64,000 nt of DNA from the human T2T-CHM13v2.0 reference genome, Homo sapiens: the NCBI RefSeq assembly GCF_009914755.1, contig NC_060928.1; one strand, 5' to 3'. The position numbers were made by a program, and so were the translations under genes. Below, piece after piece: positions 14,266-26,270 of the stretch; position 1 is the stretch's first letter; each line of letters begins with the position of its first letter. Under the pieces are notes generated by a model, which searched no databases, was not told the DNA's origin, and saw only the letters and a program-made list of their open reading frames with translations.

Positions 14266-15157
14266 GGTGATACAGGTATAAACACATACAAGGTTACATA
14301 TAATTTTTTGGAGGGAGGTGGTCCATGGACCCCAAATTAAGAATATCACTTTAGAAATATATATAAAAGGATAACCACTTAATGTTTGTACTTTGTAATT
14401 AACAAATTTTTCTTCACATCCATTATCTTTCTTAATCTTCACAATCATCACAGAAATAAATATCATTTTTAATCCCATCTGTTTATTAAGAAACAAACAA
14501 AAAAATCCTGAGGCTCAAGGCATGTTATCTTGCCAAAAGTTAACAATGCAGTAAAAATTATAACCAATGTGAATGATTCTAAATCCCATGGTCTTATCAC
14601 TATTCCAATGACTGTAGTACATGTACAGGTATCCTCCAGTTTTGTAAAAAAAATAAAATAAAAAATCATTCTTAAAAAACATGTAAGAAAGGCAAATGTA
14701 TGCGACTTAAATGTAAGAATTATATTCTAAAAGGGGGATTTTATTCCATATAACTAGAAACATTTTAGATATTATAAAAGCTTTATTTTAATAAAATTGT
14801 TTCTACTTTTTGATACCAGATAGTAATATAATTTGCACATAATTATTTAAAATACAGAAGGCCAAACAGTCCTTGTTTAATGTGCAATGCTTCACTACCA
14901 CCACCACCCTTTCTTCTGGTGACAGATCCTATTATACCTTCAGTGGTGTATACCCCACGTGCTTCCATAACAACTTTACAACTAGAGCTGGTGGGACAAA
15001 ATTGCTTCTCTGGTGGATGATATGAGTCCAGAATCTCAGATACTTAAAGAAAATCTCATGTGCAACAGATCATCACCTACACCTAAGAAGAGGCCCAGAT
15101 GAGAGACAAAGATGGAGAGAGAAAGGGTTTTGTTAGCAATCCAGGCTCTGGTGTTAG

Positions 15158-15832
15158 TGATACAGGAGCTAGAAATAACTTATTCAGGCAGATAGTGAGG
15201 ATAAAAGAGTCCTCAGCAGAATTTCCCTTTTAACAAACAGCAGCCCCAAATTATTTCTTTTTTAACAAAGAACAGCCTGAAATATCGAGCTGCAGACATA
15301 GATAAGCAACCTGGAAGCTTGCACAGGTGAAGGTTAGCAGCTGTGCCAACAGAAACGGGCTACCTGGGGTTCAAGTATGTTCAACCTGGAGGCTCCATCT
15401 TCCCTTTCTTTGTCACCCCGTGTACAGTGAAGAAACAGGCAACATGGCACCAACCAGGCAAAGAACCCAGAGAATAATAAAAGATTAGGGGGGGGAAAGC
15501 CAGGTTTTCACACCTTATTCAAACAGCACACCTAGTCCTAACTAGTTTTTTGTGCCCTATGCAAATGACACACCTGGTCCAACCAATCTTTTGCACCCTA
15601 TGTAAATCAGACACCGCTTCCTCAACCTCATCTGTAAAACTCACTGCATTTCACCGTGGAAGTGGCAACCGATTTCCCTGGGACCCTTCTCTGTAGCAAG
15701 AGAGCTCTTCTCTTTCTTTCACCTAGTAAACTCCCACTCCTAAACTCACTCCTTGTGTGTCCGCATCCTAGTTTTCTGTGGCCACAAGACAATGAATCTC
15801 AGGTATTTACCCCAGACAGTGATGTCGCTTCA
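15158..15832 (+). mobile_element. ERV1-class solo LTR (MER50-like)
   Basis: TG...CA termini, 675 bp, exact 4-bp TSD TTAG on both sides, AGTAAA signal near 15725; subfamily tentative. Confidence 0.85.
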
Positions 15833-15914
15833 TTAGTCCCTGAGATGTCCAGGGCTACCCTCACTTTTATGTCCTTTGATTAGACTCAGTCTTCTTCTAA
15901 TTAAACCACCATTG

Positions 15915-16252
15915 ATGGGTTCTGCAACTATGGATTCAAACAACTGCAGCACAAAAATATTCCAAAAAATAGTGTCTGTACTGAACATGTACATACTTTT
16001 TTTCCTTGCTATTCCCCAAATCATATAGTTTAACTATTTATATAGCATTTTCCTAATTATATTTCCTAATTAGGTTACATATAATACCTAATTATATTAG
16101 GTATTATAAGTAATCTAGAGATGATTTAAAGAATACAGGAGGATGTGCATGGGTTATATGCTAACACTATGCCATTTTATGTAAGGAACTTGAGCATCCA
16201 CAAATTTTGGTATCCATAGAAGGTCCTGGAACCAATTCCTGAGGGATGATTG
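15915..16252. mobile_element. MER2 (TcMar-Tigger MITE)
   Basis: GTCTGTACTGAACATGTAC, GTATTATAAGTAATCTAGAGATGATTTAAAG, GGTCCTGGAACCAAT; ends ...GATTG then TA. Confidence 0.85.
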
Positions 16253-16566
16253 TATGTGTTATTTTTCCCTCTGGAAATGCACAAGGCTTTGAAACTTTTT
16301 CACTTTCTATTGCTTGGATAAAGCTAATTTTACAAGCCCAATACAGTTGATCGAGTCCCTATAATTTACCTGAACCATTTTTGCCCCCAGCAGTAAATAC
16401 CACCTGAATGTGGCTAGCATACCAAACATTCCAAGCCCTGTTGACCCTCTCAACACTGCATTTGGACTATCCTCTGAAAATGAGATCAAGATGCTGAAAA
16501 GAAAAGGTGGAAGACTTTAGTTTCCCTGCCAAAAGATCTGCAGACATGAGTGGGCATAATGACATA

Positions 16567-18942
16567 CAGACATACTTCAGAGATACTGTGGGTTTGGTTC
16601 CAGACCACTGCAATAAAGTGAATATTGCAATAAAGTAAGTTGCATGAATTTTTTTTGATATAAAAGTTATATTCATAGTATGTTTTAGTGTATTACATAT
16701 GCAATAGAATTATGTCTAAAAACAATGTACATACCTTAATTAAAAATATTTATCGCTAAAAATGCTAATGATTATCTGAGCTTTCAGTGAGTTGTAATTT
16801 TTTTGTTGGGAGAGACTTGCCTTGATGTTGATGGCTGCTGACTGATCAGGGTAGTGGGTGCTGAAAGTTGGGATAGTTGTGGCAATTTCTTAAAATAAGA
16901 CAACGATAAAGTCTGCCTTATTAACTGACTTCCTTTCATAACAGATTTGTCTGTAGCATGTAAGCACCACAGTAGAACTTCTTTCAAGATTGGAGCCAAT
17001 CCTCTTAAACACTGCTGCTACTTTATTAACTAAGTTTATGTGGTATTCTAAATCCTTTGTTGTCATTTCAACAATGTTCATAGCATCTTTGCCAGAAGTA
17101 GATTCCATCTCAAGAAACAACTTTCTTAGCTTATCCATAAGAAGCAGCTCCTTATTTGTTCAAGTTTTATGGAATTTTAACAATTCAGTCACATCTTCAG
17201 GCTCTGCTTCTAATTCTAGTTTTCTTGCTGTTTCTACCACATCTGCAGTTACTTCATCTGCTGAAGTCTTGAACCCTTCAAAGTTATCGATGAGGCTTGG
17301 AATGAATGTCTTCCAAACTGCTGTTAATGATATTTTCACCTCCTCCCATGAATCACAAATGTTCTTAATGGCATCTAGAATAGTGAATCCTTTCCAGAAG
17401 GTTTGCAATGTACTTTGCCCAGATCCATCAGAGGAATCACTACCTCTGGGAGCTATAGCCTTAAAAAATGTATTTCTTAAATAATATGACTTAAAAATCA
17501 AAATTACTCCTCAATCCATGAGCGACAGAATGGATGCTGTGTTAGCAGGCATAAGAACAACATTCATCTCCTTGTACATCTCTGTCAGAGCTCTTGGGTT
17601 ACTAGGTGCATTGTTAATAAGCAGAAAAAAGGAACTTTTTTTTCTGAGCAGTGGTTCTCCACAGTAGGCTTAAAATATTCAGTAAGCCACGCTGTAAACA
17701 GATGTGCTGCCATCCAGGGTTTGTTGTTCCACTGACAGAACACAGGCAGAAAAGATTTAGCATAATTGTTAAGGCCCCTAAAATTTTCAGAATGGTAAAC
17801 GAGCATTTGCTTCGAGTGAAAGTCACAAGCTGCATTAGCCCCTTGAAAGAGAGCCATCCTGTCCTTAAAAGCTTTGAGGCCAGGCATTGGTTTCTCTCTA
17901 CCTATGAAAAGTCCTAGATGGCATCTTCTTCCAATAGAAAGCTGTATCATCTACACTGAACATCTGTTGTTTAATGTAGCCACCTTCATCAATGATCTTA
18001 GCTAGACCTTCTGGATAACCTGCTGCTGCTTCTACAACAGTATTTTCTGTTTCACCTTGCACTTTTATGTTAGAGAGACAGCTGCTTTCCTTAAACCTCA
18101 TGAAACAATTTCTGCTAATTTCCAACCTGTCTTCTGCAGCTTCTTCACCTCTCTCAGCCTTGATAGAATTGAAAATATTTAGGGCTTGCTCTGGCTTAAG
18201 CTTTGGTCTAAGGGAATATTGTGGCTGATTTGATTTTCTATCCAGACCACTCAAACTTTCTCCATATTAGCAATATGGCTGTTTCAGTTACTTATTGTTT
18301 GTGTGTTCACCGGAGGAGCACTTTCAATTTCCTTCAAGAACTTTTCTTTTGCATTCACAACTTGGCTAACTATTTGGTGCAAGAGGCCTAGCTTTCAGCC
18401 TATCTCAGTTTTTGACATGTGTTCTTCACCAAGCTTAATCATCATTTCTATCTTTTGATTTAAAGTAAGGGACATGTCATCTTTTCACTTGAACACTTAG
18501 AGGCCACTGTAAGGCTGTTAATTAGGTTAGTTTCAATATTACTGTGTCCCATGGAAGAGGAAAGTCTAAGGAGAGGGAGAGAGATACAGGAACAGCCAAT
18601 TGGTGGAGCAGTCAGAACACACACATTTATTGATTAAATTTGCTGTCTTACATGGGGGTAGTTCATGGTGCCCCCAAACAATTATAATTGTAACAAAAAA
18701 GATCACTGATCACAGATCACAATGACAGATATAAAAATAATGACTAAGTTTGAAATATTGTGAGAGTTACCAAAATGTGACACAGACATGAAGTGAGCAT
18801 ATGCCGTTGGAAAAATGGTGCTGATAGACTTGCTAGACACAGGGTTGCCAGAAATCTTTAATTTGTAAAAACAAAACCATACAAAAAATGCAATATGTGC
18901 ACAGTGCAATAAAGTGAAGCTCCATAAAACAAAGTGTACCTG
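16567..18942 (-). mobile_element. near full-length Tigger1 DNA transposon
   Basis: 2376 bp, both termini (CAGACATAC / GTGTACCTG), TA TSDs, transposase fragments on the minus strand. Confidence 0.95.
16890..18480 (-). pseudogene. frameshifted Tigger1 (pogo/CENP-B family DDE) transposase
   Basis: ORFs 17898-18254 (..[18 protein letters not shown]), 17585-17950, 17160-17501 (..[14 protein letters not shown]..) and 16890-17138 lie in different frames. Confidence 0.9.
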
Positions 18943-20341
18943 TATATGTGTAGGGATTATTTGCCCCAAAAAAGTAGTTTTATAGCAAAAGGTATAATTT
19001 CTTAATGACATTTAATGAAATCTGAGCCTAGAAAGGATTGTTCTCCTCAGTCCTAATTTTCATATATTACAAGAAAAAATTTCTATCACAGTTACAACTT
19101 TTCACTTGGACATCTGGGCTGGTTATTCCATCCCCTTTTGGTCTTTTCTAAAGAAATCTTTTATATACAAAAACATTCAGTTATTTTCTTTTGGCTAAAA
19201 AAAATTCCAATTTTATAAAGTAGGTGTTCTCTACAGCATCAAGGTTGATGAAAACCATACCCTTGAACAGGAAGTTCAAAAGACAGAATGGCAGGCAAGA
19301 GCGGACCCATCTGCTATGGAAACATGTTACCATCCTGCAAGGCCCAGAACCCCTGACAAGAGCACACCATTATTTATGAAAAGCCTCTGCTCCCTGGCTC
19401 TTGTCAGACTCATTCCCAAGCCACTCCGGGGCTAAGCAAATGCGCTGATATCTAGTTGGCCTTGTGTCCTCGTAACTGTCAGGAGCAGAGGTGTTGGTGA
19501 AATATTAAGAGGAAAATGAGGTGGACGGACCAATCAGTGGCAAAAGCAGTAATTTTAAAAGCTGTGAGGAAAAAAGGACCTGCCAGGTCTGAGCATTGAA
19601 ATATAATTCTCCATCAAATTTAATGAACCTTTAAATGGTGATGAGCAGGAGCTCCCCAGCAGCCTTTCTCTACACCGGCTCAAAGTAGGCTGCCAGCCAC
19701 ACTTGCATTTATCCAACACGGGCTGCTTCCCCTTCCCTCTTCTTTGAGAACAAATTATTTCTTCATTCAACAGCAGAGTAGAACTTGGAGAAAATATGCT
19801 TGGTAATTGCCCTAATTTAAACGTACCAGAAGTCATTTTACATATTGCTCACTCAAAGTATGCCAAGTAAAGGTCTAGGAATACAGTTCAGTTCTAAGAT
19901 GTATATCTTGTATATATCCTTTAAGCACCCAATGGTATCATCATAGAACTTGCATTGTATTTTCTTCCTATGAGGAAGAACACTCCTTGTTCTCTGGAGA
20001 AAATCTAGCTTTGGGGGATATAAATATAGGTTATGAGCCTAAGTGTGATCACATTTAATTTTAAGATCTCACAGTGTGACAAGAAAAATAACAACATAAA
20101 AATAGAAGTTCTCCATTTGATCAGCGCATTCAAAACTTTATTAATAGAATTCCTTTAAGTGCTTGTATTTTATGGGTCATATTTCAGTATTAAGATCTAA
20201 TTTTTATTTCTCATTTTTGCATATACACAAGTTTTCTGGAAAAATCATGGGAAATTCCAGTAATATTTATACCCTAGTTTGACAAATGCTCAATCATCTT
20301 TACTGTATTAAAAACTTATTCTATCTTTCCTGGACTCATGA

Positions 20342-20650
<309 letters not shown>

Positions 20651-21069
20651 TCATGAACATTTATTTCTAATAATAATAAATGAACATTTATTAGGTCATC
20701 TTGTCCAATCCTCCTATATCAAGAATGAGTCACAGAACAATTCAGTAACTTGCAGTAGATCACATAAGCTGTTGCTATTAGTTTACTGGATTTTATGTCT
20801 AAAATACATAGCACTTTTCTTGGTGATAAACTGTCAAGTTTTTCTCTTTAGGCCAAAATTCTACGTGAGAGCTTGGTGTAGTATGATTAATGTTAAGCTC
20901 CAGCATATTTTGGAGCACTGTAAGATCAAGACCACTGGAACCATCATAAGACTTTGTTGATTTTTCGAAATCCTCTGGCATGATCAACAGGAACTAGTTA
21001 TTGGTTAAATTACAGGAGCAATTTTTTAGCACCATCATTTGCCTTATACTACAATAGATCAATTGCCTT

Positions 21070-21210
21070 ATTAATCTTACTTTATAGACAAGGAACTGAG
21101 GCTCAGGGAAGTGAAGTACTCGCCTAGGATCAGAAAGCAGCAGACAATGGGATAAAATTTAAAAACCCAGTCTATATCTCCCAAGCTCACATTCTTTCTA
21201 CTCTACCAAA
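21070..21210 (-). mobile_element. MIR
   Basis: TTTATAGACAAGGAACTGAGGCTCAGGGAAGTGAAGTACTCGCC. Confidence 0.7.
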
Positions 21211-21459
21211 TTGATTTTAATCTCTATTTGTTGTAGCAAATATTCAAATTACTAAAGCATTCATAGGCAAGAAATCCATTTTAGTTCTAAAAATGTTAAG
21301 AGCACAGCCATAATTAATTAATAAACAATTTGTGGCAAAGTTCAATTTTAAAGATTTCACTTTGACAAAGACACAATCTATAATTTAAAAAGTGTGCAAT
21401 GTGTGCCTTTCTAAACAATAGGGGCTGAATTAGAAGTCTTACCTTCTATAAAAAATCAA

Positions 21460-21700
21460 GAGGCATTTCCTCGGGCATTGACTCTATGCGCTAGTAATGT
21501 TCTAAGTGGTTCAAATATATAATTTCACTTATAATGCTAATAAGGCAGGTGCTATTGCTAGCCACACATTCCAGGTAAGAACCCTAAGGTACAGAGAGGT
21601 TAAATAACTTGCCCAGTCACACAGCTAGTAAACCACAGAATTAGAAATGAACCCATGTGATCTGATTCCAATATCCATGGTCTTATCCACAATGCTGTAT
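21460..21700 (-). mobile_element. MIR
   Basis: CAGAGAGGTTAAATAACTTGCCCAGTCACACAGCTAGTAA. Confidence 0.75.
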
Positions 21701-21766
21701 TTACTAATATAATAAAAAAAATCTATTAAATGGTTATGTCTTGTTCTTTTACTTGCACTTACTCAG

Positions 21767-22377
21767 CATTTTAGTCAGGGTTCCCAGAGGAACAAAACCA
21801 ACAGTCCATACCAAATGTTCATTTTACCCCTAAACACAGAGTGATCCTGGTAATTACAAATGGTGATATTTTGTAAAACTCTAAACTAAGAGGTTTAGAT
21901 TACCTCTGGTTTGTACAAAACCAAGAGGAGATCTATTATAGGAAGTGGCTCACATAACTATAGAGGTTGAGAGGTCCCATGATCTTTCCTCTACAAACTG
22001 GAGAACCAGGAAAGCTGGTGGTGTCATTCAGTTTGACTCTGAAGGCCTGAGAATTGAGGTTGGAAGGGGAGGGGAGACAATGGTGAGGAGGGCTAATGGT
22101 GTAAGTACCAACCTGAGTCTGAAAGCCCAAGAACCAGGAGCACTGATGTCTGGGGGGCAGAAGATGGATGTCCCAGCTCAAGCAGACAGTTATTCTGTTC
22201 TACTCAGGCCCTTGAAAGACAGTGCCCACTCCCACTGGTGAGGGCGATTACACAGTCTACCAATTCAAATGCAAATTCCTTCTGCAAACAACTTCACAGA
22301 CAAACGCAGAAAAAATGCTTTACCAGCTCTCTGGGCATACCTTAGCCAAGTCAAGTTGACACATAACAATCATCACA
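21767..22377 (-). mobile_element. MLT2 (ERVL) solo LTR carrying a foreign insertion at about 21805-21925
   Basis: TTAGTCAGGGTTCCCAGAGGAACAAAACCAACAG ... CAAGTCAAGTTGACACATAACAATCATCACA. Confidence 0.85.
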
Positions 22378-24155
22378 TGGAGTTAAGATGAAACAGAATG
22401 AGGTGTAAATCAACGAAGAACATAGCATTCTCTTGGATCCAAAAATTTTTTTTATAGAATATTCTGCAATTACTCTATGTGTGCTATCACTGGCTACAAT
22501 GTGTAGGCAGAGGGAACTAGGAAGATATAGCACTGAGTTTATTGACTTCTTGTGGCTGTCCAAACTAAAAAGTAACAGTGCTCACAGCACCCAATAATTA
22601 CCATTATATGGTTCCTGGCACAGTGATTAGACTCTTGATAAATGCTTACATTCCCCTTACATTGTGCTTTATAACCTGAATATACTATCCAATTGCAAGT
22701 CCTCAACCAAAAGCATGAGAAAGTCACTCTCTCCATTATAAATCATCATTGAGCTAAGACTGCAGGGGATGTTTGATGACTATATGGCATATACAGATAC
22801 ATATCTGTGTGATATAGAAAACATATATAAGATTTATGTGCATAAATATACATTTTAATATATACATGAAGAAATTCCTTTCTTCACTATGGGAATAGTT
22901 ACGTATTCCTGTTGTGTAACACATATAGACAGATGGTAAGAATTTATATATTTGTTTAAAGGTAATTCCAGTGAAGCTTTGCCTTTGTAAAAGGATAGCA
23001 ACATACAGAACCAAGTGTTCTAGCAACGAAACATTACCCTCTGCCTCTACTCCCCTTAACAATTGCTTCTTAGTCTAAGAATGATGAGTTCTCATCTCAC
23101 GTTTAGATTTTTACAAAATATCACCATTTGTAATTACCAGGATCACTCTGTGTTTAGGGGTAAAATGAACATTTTGTAAGTTATGGTTTAATAATGTCTT
23201 TCCAATCTCCACTCAGGAATCTAAGACTTTCTGGCTTAAAAGGCATTAGAAGAGATGCTTGGGCAAAACTTTAACTTTGTTGTTTTATAGGATATTTTGG
23301 TATAATTAGAATGGGTCATAGCAATAAAAAAACTATTAAATTATGTCCTGTAGTATAAACATTGAAGACCTTATGCTAAAAGTTTGAAGTGAAAATAACA
23401 TATATAGAAACAGGATTTTTAAAATGCCTGATAATTTACAGGTTCCACTTACTCCTTAAAACGACCCAGGGTGACAGAAGGGTTTGATAAGCAGGGAGCA
23501 CACCTTGATAGGCCTTTCTCTCTCTGGCCCAAAAAGAAGTAAAGAAAGGCAATTATTCTTATACTCACAATACAGCAAATAGGGAGGGGTTGTGGGAAAT
23601 CTTCATTTAACCCCTAAGAACTATTTTTCATGCAATTAGGAGATATGTCAACAACCAGGTTTCAAAACCTCAAAATAAACATAGCACTGGGGATGCACTG
23701 GAAATGATGTTTTAATATAAATAGCTGTTTAGAGAATAGTAAAATTAATTTTACATGGCTAACCACTGTAGAAAGACATCTAAAGCAAACATACATGATA
23801 CAAAACTGCCATATTTCATCAAATCTAAGACATCATTAATTGTAAAATATATCTCAGATGTTAAAATTGGAAAAAAATTGTACATCTTAAAGTAGATGAA
23901 ATACATTAAGTATATAATAATTCTGACTTCAAGAACTATCCAGTATATTATTTCAATTACTTGTTGCAAACTACGATCCACCTCCTAATGCCCTGTAAAT
24001 GCAACACATGATTAAATCTATACTTGAGCACACGTGAAGCAGAATTTCAGGCAATTATCTTAGTGTGTGTGTTTGCAACATCTAGGTAATTGTTGTATAA
24101 TCTATCCTTTATATCCTGGGAAAAACACTTGCTGTCATAAACAACTCATCTTCTT

Positions 24156-24432
24156 TTTCAAAATTTTTTTATTTCAACTTTTATTTTAAATACAAGGCGT
24201 ATGTGTACAGGTTTGTTGCATGGGAATATTGCGTGATGCTGAGGTTTGGAGTACGGATCCCATCACCCAGACAGTGAGTATAATACCCAATAGGGAGTTT
24301 TTCAACCCACCTCCCTCCACTTTCTACTAGTCCACAATGTCCATTATTCCCATATTTATGTCCATGTGTGCTCAATGTTTAGCTCCCACTTATAAGTGAG
24401 AACATGTGGTATTTGGTTTTCCATTCCTATGA
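24156..24432 (-). mobile_element. old L1PA/L1PB 3' end
   Basis: 3' UTR motif CTCCCACTTATAAGTGAGAACATGTGG; flanks ACTCATCTTCTT / ACTCATATTCTT are a probable TSD. Confidence 0.85.
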
Positions 24433-24564
24433 ACCACTCATATTCTTAAGTACTTTTACCTTTTAATAATAACTTAGGGGGGAAATCAGAACTCTGGATA
24501 ATTATTACATTGCTTTATCAGGATGACTTTTAGTTTGTTCATTGATTTTTATAGGTTCTCTGTG

Positions 24565-25413
24565 TTGATTCTTAAAAATTGACACATAATTCACATATCA
24601 TAAAATTTATTACTTTAAAGTGTGCAACTCAGTGGATTATATTATATTGACAAGATTGTACAAGTGTCATGACTATCTAATTCCAGAGCACTGAAATCAC
24701 CCCTTAAAGAAACCCAGACCCATTAGTTGTCATTCCCCATGTCCCTCTCTTCTCTACTGCCCACTCCAACCCTCCTCACTCTACCATCAGCCCTAGGCAA
24801 TATTAATCTTTCTAATCTGTATAGATTTGACTATTCTGGACATTTCATATAAATGGAATCATACAATAAGTGGCCTTTTATGTGTGGCTTCTTTAATGTA
24901 GCATAATGTTTTTAAGGTTCATCCATGTTGTAGCATGTGTCAGTACTTCATCTATTTTCATAACTGAATATTGTATGGATATAACACATTTTGTTAAACC
25001 ATTCATCAGTTGCTGAACATCTGGGTTGTTTCTATTGAGTTACTATGAATAATATTGCTATTAACATTCATATATAAGGTTTTGTGTATAAAAACAGAAT
25101 CTTATTTCTCCTAGGTATAGGAGTGGAATTGCTGGGCGTATGGCAACTCTTATGTTCAACTTTCTGAGGAACTGCCAAACCATTTTCCAGTCTAGCTCCA
25201 CTATTTTATATTCCTATCAGCAATGTATGAAGGTTACAATTTTCCCAAATCCTCATCAGTATTTGTTATTGTCCTTTTTAGATGATGATGATTATTATAG
25301 CCATGCTAATGGTTATAAAGTGGTATCTCATTGTGGATTTGATTTGCATTTCGCTAGTGGCTAATGAATCTGAGCATCTTTTCATGCACCTACTGGTTAT
25401 CTTCTATGGAAAA
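24565..25413 (-). mobile_element. L1MB-type fragment, continuing at 32100-32302
   Basis: CTATTCTGGACATTTCATATAAATGGAATCATACAA; GTGGTATCTCATTGTGGATTTGATTTGCATTTC; resumes AATGTCTATT at 32100. Confidence 0.85.
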
Positions 25414-25952
<539 letters not shown>

Positions 25953-26270
25953 GATTTTGGTACTGGGAGTGGGGTGCTACTATAACAAATACCTAAAAAT
26001 GTGGGAACAGCCTTGAAAATCGGTGATGGGTGAAGGCTGGAAAAGTTTTGAGGTGCATGCTAGAAAAAAGGTATATTGCTTTGAACAATATTTCAAAAGC
26101 AGCTCTGGTGAGGTCACAGAAAGAAAGAAGAAGAACTGTAGAGAAAGCCTCAATATTCTTGAGAATACTTAATTATAAACAGAATCTTGGTAGAAACATG
26201 GATGGTAAGGGCCATTCTTATGAGGTCTCATATGGAAATGAGAAACATCTTATTAAAAATTGGAGGAAAA

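Noticed and set aside
16990-17484. 164-aa plus-strand Ser-rich ORF
   Set aside because: Antisense shadow of the Tigger1 transposase.
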